Positions 12,501-24,169 of a stretch of DNA of 64,000 nt are shown here, in pieces. Source of the stretch: Podarcis liolepis (Eukaryota). The notes below the pieces were generated by a model. The model was not told where the DNA came from. It made no database searches and worked only from the letters and a program-made list of their open reading frames with translations. Both the position numbers and the translations under genes were made by a program. Location: assembly GCA_965112155.1 (NCBI GenBank), contig OZ218098.1; one strand, 5' to 3'. The stretch's first letter is position 1, and each line of letters starts with the position of its first letter.

Positions 12501-14647
12501 TAATGTGTGAAATCCTTCAGAAACACACACCACTTTCCCCACCATCAGCTGGAAGACTACAAATGAAAAGTGTAGTTTAAAGTGCAGTGCTCAGACACAT
12601 TGCTGACATCTAACATGAGATAAAGAGAAGTGTGGCCTCAATCTGTGGCAAGGACTTAAGGAGAGGTGTCACATGACAAGAAGGGGGAATTAGGGTGGCA
12701 GAGCACTGGAGAGGGAGCACAGGTGAGACAAGCCTTTGTTCCAAGGTGAGATCTAAAGGCTAAGCACCACAAACAACTATCCGTCTTTGCAATTCAAGGC
12801 TCTGGATTAAATTTTGAGTAAACCAATTCTATTGTTTGACAAGAAATTTATTTTTCATGATAAATATTCAGGGACACCATTTGGTGAGCTCAGAAGATGA
12901 ATCCCCACTGGTGTTTTGAACCACAGATAAGTGTACTTCTCTCTCTGGCCAACTCACCAGTTCTATATTTTAAGCTGTTATTGTAAACAACTGACTCTAC
13001 TGCTAAGCCTGCACTCCAAACATACAAATCCGTTTGCTCCTCCCCTCCAGTGTATATGTATAAAACTATCTGAACAAGAACAGCATTACTATAGTTACTA
13101 TATAAAGTATAAGGAAGCAACAAATGCTCTTAATGTAGACTGTTGTTCCCGTTTCTGCTGCAATTTAATTGTGCCAATATCCAGATGTTGATCTTTAAAA
13201 TTTGCTGGCAGTTTCCTCCTTTCCCCTCCCGCGCCCCAATATCTTTCCTCCCACCCTCATACCTGAAACAAAATGTGTATACAGTAGATAAGTTTAGCTT
13301 TTTATTAATCAGTAGCTTTTAGAAGGTATTATTTTTTTAATGTCATAATGCCGCTATCCATGGTGTGGGAGCAATGCAATATTACAAAAGACAGCTCATA
13401 GTACAGTTTCTTTTCCACTGGTTGACATTGGTGAACACCCTCCATTGCACATGTAGACCTCCCCTTCCTCTCCTCTCCCACTGAACTCCCCCATGAGCCC
13501 CTCATCTGCCCTAGAGGCTGAATCCATTCTGCTGAGAGTGCCCGTTCTGATGGCAGGTAGACATCAATGGATTTCACCTATGGCTGGAAGCGCCTTTCAA
13601 ATTCTTTGCCACAAAAGGACTGTCTGTAGTCACTAATCACATGGCAGGCTAGAGATAAGGGAATGGTTCGGGGGCTCTGTGTGGGAGATAAGTGCTGCAC
13701 AGATTTTTTGTCAATTTCATTGACAAATCTGATTAGTCTCTCTTACAGCACGCATAACGCATAGAGCCTGAATGCACGCAAAACAAAACTCTGTTCAATT
13801 CCTTTACACAGCCTATGCATATATTGCTTTCCCAGACATCTCACTTCTCCAATTGTTGCTTTCCATGCCGTTTATTTCTACCTGCTCCTAGCTTGCATAT
13901 ACACGTATACACATATGGGGCGCACACGTCACCGACACCACCCAAAATCACAACTGGGATCAGAACAACCTTTACACCTCTCCTTGTCCATTTATTTCAG
14001 CAGAGAGATTTGGATTGGGCCATTAGTCATATCCAGATTTCTCTTGGCTCCTTCTTTTTGGTTTTGCAGGTCCTTCTTGTCCCTTCCCTGCCCACCTCCC
14101 TGAGGTTTTCAGTTCAAGCCCTGGGATTCCCTGTCAGCTGCATTTCCTGCTGTGGCCCACCGGTGAGCGAGTGTGGTGGGAGAAGGCAGCAGCAAACCTT
14201 GGCGAGGGCAGTGACCACGAGAGGTGGTGGACTCTCCTTCCTTGGAGTTTTTTAAGCAAATGGTGCTACCTCAAGTGCCTGTTTTGTTGGAGTGGCCCTT
14301 TCATTTGGCACTCAAGTGGTGTTGCATTGCGCATTCCGTATCCTCTTGCCCATTTCAACAATTGTGTGCGGGGGTGGGAGGTACCCCTTGGGACTGGTAA
14401 GGTGGGAGGCAGGGAGACCAGCAGGGGGCAGAGCCAGATCCAATAATACTGCTGAACCAACTAATTCTAGTTTGTTCCTGTCCGCCTCCCTGCTGAGTTG
14501 TAACACTAAGAATGAAGAGGAGGAGGAAGCTGACAGGCAGTGCCCTCCTCTGGACTGGTGCAGCTCCCTGGGGGAGCACTGAGGTTGGTAGATCAACCTC
14601 CGACAATTGTGAGCAAGCTGGAAGTCGCTTCCTTTTTTGCATCCTGA

Positions 14648-14796
14648 AATCATAGAATTAGAGTTGGAAGGGACCCTGAGGATCATCTAGCGCAATCCCC
14701 TGCAATGCAGGAAGATGCAGCTGCCCCACAGGGGGATTGAACCTGCAACCTTGCCATTATAAGCACCATGCTCTAACCAACTGAGCTATCCCAGCT
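14648..14796 (-). mobile_element. tRNA-derived SINE with CR1-type 3' tail
   Basis: A box (TAGCTCAGTTGG) and B box (GGTTCAATCC) in a tRNA-Ile-like head; tail gatcctcagggtcccttccaactctaattctatgatt is CR1-like. Confidence 0.85.
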
Positions 14797-15732
14797 GTGT
14801 ATGCTACATACATGCAGGTGATCATAGCAAGAGCCATCTTAATGTGTTGGTCCACTGCCAATGGCCTCGATGGCCCAGCTCTCCAAGAAGCAGACATTCC
14901 CTCCTGGGAGAGGAGCCACCGTCCTTTAGCCCTCTCTGCATGGAAGAATGGGCAGCTCTCATGCAGCTTGTCACTTTCACTCACTTGTGGCAAGCCTGCA
15001 TTTCCAAGCCAGGCTAATGTTTTATGGGAATCGATATGTCAGCCCTTATGAAAGAACAACACGGTGAGTGATAAGCAACTTGGGTTCATAAAGCACAGAT
15101 CGTGCCAGACAGACTCCAATAGCCTCCTTTGACAAAATTGCAGATTTAGCTGACAAAGGGAATTTAATATAGCTAGGTACAGAAAGGCTTTAGGCGGAGA
15201 CCTACACAAAGCATCTTTTCTAATCAGAAAGCATCAGAGTTTTTCTTATCAAAGTGTTGCACAGATAAATATTAATACAACACATGAGGCAACTTGGTGT
15301 TTAGAAGCTCCAGATGCAAGGTTCAGGATTTTAAAAGTACAGCCGGTTGCGAAGGTCCTGGGAAAGGGTGGCAGCACTCCCAGGAAACAGCTGGAGGACA
15401 GGGATTTCCTACAGTTCACACAAGATCACAGCTGGAAGGTTGTCTAGTCCCAACTGGGTACCCCCCAAATTTTTTGGACTACAGCTGCCATTAATTCAGT
15501 GGTTAATTGGAAACAAAGCTGTGGAAGGTCTAATTATGCTGAGTGTTGTTTTTGTGTTGGCTTTTAGCTGTCTTACAAAGGATATGTTTTAGATGGGTTA
15601 AAACTATATTTTATTGGTTATGCGTGTTTTATAAGCTGCTTTGTGAAGAATGTTCCTTGAAAAGCAGGTTATGCATCTGTTAAAAGAAATAAATAATCCC
15701 TGATCACTGGCAATGATGGCTCGGGTGATGGG

Positions 15733-15860
15733 CAGAGCTTTTTTTTCAGCTGGGACTCAGTTCTGGCACCTCCCAGGTGGGAGCCATTGCCATTCTAAGA
15801 GAACAAGGGAGGTATTCATGGTGAGTTCCGGCACCTCTTTCTCTAGAAAAAATAGCACTG
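15733..15860. mobile_element. hAT-type MITE nested in an older MITE
   Basis: TIRs CAGAGCTTTTTTT / AAAAAATAGCACTG; perfect 8-bp TSD GTGATGGG at 15725-15732 and 15861-15868. Confidence 0.82.
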
Positions 15861-18800
15861 GTGATGGGAATTGTGGTCTAAAGCATCAGGTTGGGTCCAA
15901 TCCCAAAGACCTATCAGCCTGACAGATCACAAGCCAAGAGAATGAGTGCTCACCTGACAAAGCTATACCCAACTAGTCTCACAATCCTTTACCTCCAATG
16001 AAGGCTGATAGCATATGTGAAGCATTCTAAGAGTCAGTGAGAATGGCAACTTTTTGAAAATATATGGAAAGGCACCATCCTGTTTGACTCAAGGCTGCCC
16101 ACTTTGAACATGTGACAAATCACTGAAATATCTCCATTGAGAATATTGCTGAGAAGAGCTAGCTGACAGCCCGTCAACAAATCAATTATGCAGAACACCC
16201 ATGCAGCCAGTTAGGAGCAGGAAGTGCCAGGTCAGTCTCAAGCTGGCTGCTCTCAAAAATCTTCATTAGTGGTTTTGGAGGTGAAAATACATTGCAATAT
16301 TGATCATGTTCACGGATCAAACAAGGAGGGCTTGCGAAAACAGCAGATAAATGGAATCACTTAGTGACGGAGAGACCTCAGCCAAATGGATGAGTTTAAA
16401 TGGGATGAGATTTAATTTAGATACAGTAAATGTAAAATACTCTATAATAGCACCCAGCATGGGGATGCATAATAGAAAAGTATTACCTTTCTCTTTAGGC
16501 AGCCCAGAAAAAGGATTGGTTGGGGCGGCTAGACAACATACTGATAGCTGCAAAGGACAAGGCCCAGCAATGTGACAGAGCTCCCAAGTGCAATGAACAG
16601 AATGGGATTTGTAAGGAAGGAGAGCAGTCGGATAACATATCTGATTATCTCCTTGATATACAATAATAGGGCATACATCCTTGGAAGACACCCTTCTAGT
16701 CTAAAACGTTTGGACTTGCATGTCTCTTGAAAAATAATTAATATTAGGAAGTGGTCCTAGGAATGAAAAGCTGCCCCAGAAAATCTAGATATAAAGGTGT
16801 ATAGCATTAGTGAGCACATCATAAAAGCATGCAGATTTTATATATCACGGACGTATGGTGAGCATTTCTCTGGCTTACATTCATCCCTTATGGCCGCCTG
16901 AGTCATTATATGTTCCTTTCTTGGGATAAGCTTTGTGCCTGAATATAACGAGTACAGGTTTTGCTACACCACGTAGAACAAACCAAACATATGGATCTTA
17001 GTGCAGATGGAGCACTTTGAGGACTGGTATACAGACCAATCAAAATATAGGACAAGTCAAAATGTGAATGAGCCCATTGCCCCATGATGCATTTCTTCCT
17101 GTTCCGAGACCAAGTCCATGGAACAGTCTTCCAGCAGAGATTCCTCTGAATGTATCCTCCTTGGCTTTTGGGAAGGGTGCCTGTTTTCAGCAGCAGAGAG
17201 AGTCATGCCTTGCTCGTGAGTGAATGGGTGGTGGGTGAAATATACAGTGCCTCTGTGTCCTCTGTGAGTTTTGTAGCTGATATATTTGTGTGTTGTTTTA
17301 GCTATGTGATTGTTGTGAGCTGCCTCATGCAGGCTGGAGAGAAGTGGGAGGCAAGCCTATTAAAAGAAAGCAGCCAAATAGCCATTGCGAAGTGGATACT
17401 TGGCAGCACACCGGGGGCAGGAAATAAAATGTGAATTGTGAGCTGCAGGTTGTGATGTAGTAAAATCAACAGCATGGCTCCCATTGTTTTGTTTTGTTTT
17501 GCTTTGAATGGGAAGTGGGTAGCTCCATGACTGTGCTTGGAGGTCGGGAGGATCTCCTCGTTTCAAATATCATTTTAAACAGGGCACCATGTCCATATGC
17601 AGAGGAGGAGGTGGCCTGCTTCCTTCATTTTCCTGCCAAGAGAGGGCTGGGAAGAAGGACTTGGTTTTGGAGGCAAAGGGGGGAATGCTCTTCCACCGGG
17701 CCCACTTGGCAGAATGGCAGTGGCAGGTTGCAGTGGGTGGAGGTGGGAGACTGTTTAAATTGGAGAGATCATTATCTTGGCTGGGCAGGAATCTTTTATT
17801 GCGCGGAATCTGCTCCTCGCTGCTCACAAGTGCCCTGAAAAGTCTGCAATAGGAGTGATTAGAAGGTAAAAAACACACACACGAGAGAGGGGGGGGGGAG
17901 AGAGAGCTGCCAAGCCTAATGGGCTCCGTGTGCGAGAGAGAATATGAACCCGCCACAATGCTAAGGGGAATGTGCTTCCCCTATAGCAAATGAAGGCAAT
18001 CTTCAAATTCCCTGCTAGTTAAACGGCCCTCTGAGACAGAGTGATTCACCAAATCTATGTGCCGGAGACATGCTATACTTGCTGCTTGCATGATTTCAGT
18101 TATTTAGTGAAGAAAATAACCTTCCCACCCACCCCAAAATTGACCTTTCATTTGGACTGTGTGGGTGTTTTATCTTTCCTGCCCATTCCTCCCCCCCGCC
18201 GCCGTAAGTCATAAGATACCACCAGCATTTTCTTGGCTGCTCTTGATGACATGGCTTTAAAGAGCGGTTAGGCTTCTCTAAATACTCAGCAGCTTGGCCA
18301 GATTCCAAGGAAGAAACAAATTGAACCAAACATGCGACCCTTTCTCGCCCTGCTGACTGAGGGGAAGTGGGGGGGGGAGGGTTGCAGGAGCGCAGCTGAC
18401 AGCCCCACACAGCTCCAGCGACTGCCGAGGAAAGCTGCCAGGACCACTCCCTGCCAGGGCTCCTGCCTAAACAAATTGGATGGACTGCTAGACTCACCAA
18501 GGTTCCACACTCCCTCTCTGGGCCACACAATCATGGCATATGCATCCTTCCGAGAGCTACTTGGGCATCGTGGCAAACAGTGCCATCCTGCATAGAATTA
18601 TGCCCCTGCTGAGTTGTGTTTACTTCCAAGGGGTGCCCGGGGGCCACATCTGCTGTTGGCCAACCTCCCAAGGCTGCATATCAGTGGAGGACGTGGCCAA
18701 AACAAAAGTGGGCTTTGCCAAAGACCGAGCATGACCACACACCCGGCAGGCTGGTATGAATATGCAAACCCTGCTCTTCGACTGAGCAGCGAAGTGGGGT

Positions 18801-21800
18801 GTCCTCCCCATTGCAGCGCTGTGAAAAGAGGTTCCTCTTCTCCCAGCCCAGCACTGCCGTGGGGAGGAGAAATCAGTCCTGCTGTTCTTCAATCTCCAAA
18901 GAGCACAGACAGTGATTTTCCTCTCTATCACAGACCAGAAGAGAGAGAAATACCCCTTCATAAATTTGCTTCCAGTAAGCTGCTCCTGCTCAGTCCTGGT
19001 ATCTCCACTACACCTTGAGGGAACTGAAACACTAGAAACAAAAATATACAACTGAATAGCCCCAGCACAGGACTACTGCAACTTGCCAGAGCTGTTAAGA
19101 AAGCCCAAACCCTAAGCACAGCTTCAGAGGGTCTGCCCATTGACCCTCCCTCAGTGCACCTCAGAGAAACAGGGCCTTTTCAGGAGTGGCACCACAGCTG
19201 TGAGGCTTCCTTTCTTAGGAGCTCCACCACATACCTTCTCAGTTTAAAATGGGCTTTGAAAATGCTTTTATTCCAAAAGGATGGATGACTTTATCATCTC
19301 CGAGATGCATTAGCTCTCAGTATACTTAGTACAGTATTTTAAAAATAAATATGGTTTATTATTGTGCAGTTATTTTGATTACTAAGATTCCATGTGGGAA
19401 TGTTTTACCGAAAGGCAGGTTGTCAATCAAAGTAAATAAGTAAAATGTGAGTGTTGCCAAGGACTGAGCTTGCTGTCAAGTGGCCCCCCCCAATGCATAT
19501 ATTTAATATTTGCAGAGTCCTTTCAGCCACTGTTTCCCTGCTAGAACACTGTGAGGTTGCAAAATATTGTTAGCCTCATATTCTCAATGAAGTGTGGCTG
19601 GGGCCGAAGGATACTTTATAGGTTGAGCATGTGCTTCCAGCTTGTGTTTTTGCGCAGTGTGCTCTAAAACAGAATATTTTTCTTGTCCTTGTGGAGCAGC
19701 TGCAAAGAAACTCCTTTCTTCCATCATTGCTGCATCACTAGATGCCCCCTACATGATTGCAGAGCTCTTTAGGATTCTGAAGGGCAAGGAACAGGATTAA
19801 GGGGAGCAAGCAAGCAAGCAAGCAAGCCACCTATGCTTAACTGCAAAGGAGCAAAAAAGGTTGGGGCATGTGAACAAAGTAACACCCTGTAGGGGGCTTG
19901 CTCTCACTTTGTGCAGGGCTTCACCCCTCCCCTGCATTCACCTGGTCCTCCAGCTTTGTGCTTGCCCCCTCCCCCTGGCATCCTCTCCTTTTGTGTCCAG
20001 TTTATGCTGCATGGCAGAAGCATTGCGAGAGAGACTTGCTCTGCTTCCAGACTACTTAAGGACCTTGTGCAAACTAATATCATACCCGCCCCATCCAAGA
20101 TCCTTTATGCATCCCAGGGGTCTTGGAGGAGCCAGATCTTTCTCCTTGGTGGGAGGTCAGAGGCATAATAGACCTGTCCATGCCAGCCAGCATCTTGCTG
20201 CCTTGTATGACCGTTGCCTTTCCTCCTTTTGAAAACCATTTGCTGCATCTCCATGCTAAGAAGAGATGCACCTGTTGAATATCTGCCTTTAGCACACCTT
20301 TGAAAATAACAGTCTCTCTCTCCCCCCCCCCATGTGTGTGTGTCTGCTATACCTGATTGGCACTGAACAGCCAGTGCTGTTAATATCAACAAAAACATTT
20401 GGCTCAAGAGCCTGTTCCATTAATTACCACAAGTGGAAGAACATCAGGGTAATTAAACAGGGTTATGAAAGGGTAGTTATCGCTGATTAAAAGGGGAAAG
20501 TTGCTGAAAGTGTTGCTGAAAGAGGGAGAGAAGGGGATTCACCTTTGGTACTTACTTACTCTTTTTAAATTGGTGACATATGGTCAGATGTGTTACGTTA
20601 CCATATTGCCAGCAGTTATGCCACCACCTGAGCCTGTTTTGTTGTCATCTGGCTGGGAACCAGGCCATGATCATCCCTGGTGCTGGTCTCCTATTGGCCA
20701 GTGGGAAGCTATTTGTACAGTAGCCTACATTCCAGCTATGCAGAGGTCATGTCCCCATCCTTCATCCAGGTAAGCAAAAAGCATCATCAGACTTCAAGGG
20801 CACCTTCCAGCCAGGCAAGAGCAGTTGAGAGAGGAGAGTGCAGAGCATTGCCAGGGAGGCTTTCTGGAAAGGTGGTGTTGCCTGGGGAGAGTCCCAAGAG
20901 GGTGGTGATGGGGGGGAGGAACAGAGGTAGCTGCATCCGGCCAGAGATTTCCCATCCAATTTAAGATGATGAAAAGTGACCTGAGCCAAAGATGATGCAG
21001 ACTTAATAAGGTAACTTTCTCCTCTGCAGTTTTAACCCATATTTAATGGCAGCAAAGACAGAGTGAACCTCTGCACAGAATTTTTAGTCATGGATGACTT
21101 GGGTTCAAATTCTACATACTCAGCTGGCAAGAGTCTTTGGGCAGTTTTTTGGGTTTGGTTTGGTTTGCCTCATGTCTTCCCCATGTGAAGGGAAAACAAT
21201 TCCAGCCCATCTCAAGAGGATGAAGATCCAGATTGGCAAGCACATCGCGTGCCATTTTAGAGAACAGTGTTCACACCTTTGTTATACCTATCGCACTCAA
21301 AGCCCAAGTTGTCACTTCAATAAGCAGACAGATCCCGCTTTTACCCAATTGAGATAGTCATTGCTCTGGCTCAGGTAAACCAAGGATGGGGAGCACGAGA
21401 CACACACCCCATGTTGTTGAGCCAGGGCTCTCATCTATACCAAGCCACTGGCTTGGAATTGATGAGAGCTGGAGCCAATGAATGGCTGGAAGGCCATGGC
21501 TTCTCTATCCTTAGGGAGCTGGAAAAGTGTCACTGAACACATCAAGGCCATGGGTGGAGCACTAGATTGAGACTTTCTCTGCTGACAATTCACTATTGAA
21601 GGAATGGGGTCCTTAAGAAAAGATACTTTTTGATTCAGGATTAGCAATGAAGCACACAGAGAGACACAGAGACATCTTGGCTGATAAGAAGACCAGCCTA
21701 GTTTGCTTTCCACTGCAGGAGAGAGGGTGGCTCAACTTGTGCTGTGGTGGCAGTGGATGATTCAGTTACCACAGCTGCAGGACACAAGGCAGATGCAGAG

Positions 21801-21893
21801 TTCACTGTAAGGACAAACAAAAGCAGCACTCCTTGCTCTTAGCCTGCAGCGTGCTATGTTTGGCATTTAAATATACATACTTGTGTAATGTCA

Positions 21894-21911
21894 AGCACCA
21901 CCTAGTGGTCA
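21894..21911 (-). promoter_or_regulatory. Candidate CTCF site
   Basis: Minus strand reads TGACCACTAGGTGGTGCT, against the core consensus TGGCCAC(C/T)AG(G/A)(G/T)GGCGCT. Confidence 0.55.
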
Positions 21912-24163
21912 GATGATGGAAAGGAATGAATGGCAAAATAAGTTTTTTCCCATTTCTGGAGATGCACATATGCGCACATAGGTTTACAATAGTCTCTTCT
22001 CATGCCCACGTATTTGTGACCTTGGAGAAAGCCACACATTAGTTTGCGGGTGGTGTTTTGTTGTTGTTTTTTTAAACTCTATTAAAGCTATAATTCTATA
22101 AACAATTTAAAGCTATAAATTTAAAGTTATAAAAACATTATACAGTGCTCCCGTCTAAACATTTCGACATGAAATTGAAATGCTTCACTTTTACTAGTTG
22201 AAGGAAAAACTGTCTTGAATGAAGGTCCATCAAAAACAAGCAACATACTAGCAGTGCAATCCCGTGTCTAATCAGAATCAAGACCCTATGAGCTCCATTG
22301 GAGGGACACCCCTGGAAATGTGAATCAAATTGCAACATAAAGCATGCATAATTGCCACGTGAATAGTATTGCAATGCTGAAAATCTCAAACTGCCCCTAA
22401 GAATCAGGTAAATCAGATGCTAGACTTGGGGAGGTAAAAGGTTAGGGTGGGGGTGGGGGGAAATACCATGTAGTAGATGTGGGACTTGAGCTTCCCAGGA
22501 ATGGATATAGCTAGAATTTCAGCAGGAGTTGCTTGCATGACAAGCTACACTTGCTGAAATCCCCTCTTCTATCCCAACAGTGAAAGGTGAAGGATATCCT
22601 TCTCCTTTTTTGCACCTCAAGCTACCATGGCAGAGGGGCATTTTCATCCAATGAATGTTGGAAGGAATGCTTTTATCACAAGCACATTTCCTCTCCTATA
22701 TGGCAGAGAGATTAGTTTATTCGCCTAGAAAACAAAGCCAGCTCACCTAGCCGTATTTTTCAAAAGGTCTAATTGATTCAGTCGTCCCTACAGTTAAATT
22801 ATGCTGCTCCTTGCTAAACAGTTTCTCTTATCAGAAAAGATATCAGAAGCAGCTGTGGGCTCAGCAGACCAATCTGAACCCATCTGAAGCAGAGACAGTT
22901 CAACCAAAGGCTGGATATTTTAGTTTCATTGATACTCTGCAGAAACATCACATCACATCAGCCAAGCACATGAAAGCAAGAGTTCTCTCCCAGATCGGTA
23001 GTAAAGCTTTCTCTCTTGAAGTATCACACTATTGACAAACCAAACCCAGCCAGTTCATTGGCCACACGGAGACCAGAAGTCAGTACAAAGAAAGTAATAA
23101 GCATGACCAAGTCTGGCCTTTTTCTGCTTAAAAAGGAAAATGATTTAGTACCTGGATGAGATAACTCTTCACACTGCTTGGCTGGCACTGTTAATTACTT
23201 TTTCTCCCAGCTTGTTGGGGCAGAGCATTCACTGCAGCTGAACCATATTAGTGGCAAATGGAACTAGTTGGTGCCTCCTTCCAGGTGCTTTTTAGAGAAT
23301 ATGCAGGTTTGCTTCTTTCCCTTTGTTCCAGGCTGCATGCACACCATAAATTTGAAGCACATGGTTTCCCCTACAATTCCCAGTACTCTTTTGAAAAAAT
23401 AGTGTCCAGGATCGGGGGGGGGGGGAGTCATATGCTTTACACATGCATTGAAGGGTATGCTACAGTGCAGAAACTATGGGTGTATGAATGACTGTAATTC
23501 CAGTTTCAAAAATAGTGAACCAATCCAGAGATAGACATGGGATTCACTCATTAGGTTGAGTTTCTGGTGTGCTTCTGATGCACAGCAGTCTGGGTTGCAC
23601 AAGAGCCTGCTTCTATTACATCAAGGGTGAGGTTTGCGGGGAGGGATCATCAACCTTAGGGGACCACTGGGCACATTTGGAATTTTGAGAGTCACAAAAC
23701 GGCTGCCAAGGGGCCCAGAAGAAGAACACAAAATGAGTGCCACATTTAAAACAGCAGAAAGAGAGACAGGACCACAAAAGTGTGGAGTAGGTATGTGTCC
23801 CCAACAATCTGCATCGGTCGCCACTGCTCTTTCTTCAGAACCGATGGGAAGGGTGGGTGTCTAATCCTGGCATCCAACAAACATGCTCATCTTTCAAGTG
23901 GCAGCATGTTCGATGCAGGAGACGCCAAGTCAGAAATAGGAACTGAGCAGTGCCTCCAGCACTTTGTGGATTTTTCAGGAGATATTGACTGAGACATCAT
24001 AGGAGGTACTGTCAGGCGCATCATGTGATGCACAAATATTTGAAATATAGTAGTTGACAATCTCCCAGACCCCCGTCCCTGTTACCGATGAGGTGTTTGG
24101 CTACTCCGCAAACCCACGTTATCACTTCGGCCTCACACAGGACAAAATACAGACAATATTAGC

Positions 24164-24169
24164 TTTATT
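24164..24169 (-). terminator. Probable CD151 polyadenylation signal (AATAAA), implying a 3' UTR of about 2.5 kb
   Basis: tttatt on + strand; on the - strand it is followed by a GU/U-rich tract (ttgtctgtattttgtcctgtgtg). Confidence 0.55.

Noticed and set aside
14071-14162. Possible + strand exon (ttttgcag|...CCG|gtgagc)
   Set aside because: Plausible splice sites, but no coding signal or partner exons; such pairs arise by chance in 64 kb
14720-14796. tRNA-Ile-like gene
   Set aside because: The acceptor stem is not closed and it continues into a CR1-type tail, so it is a SINE head
20667-20690. ATGATCATCCCT (MIIP), resembling the POLR2L start
   Set aside because: It diverges immediately (no VRCFTCGK) and lies in a MITE fragment
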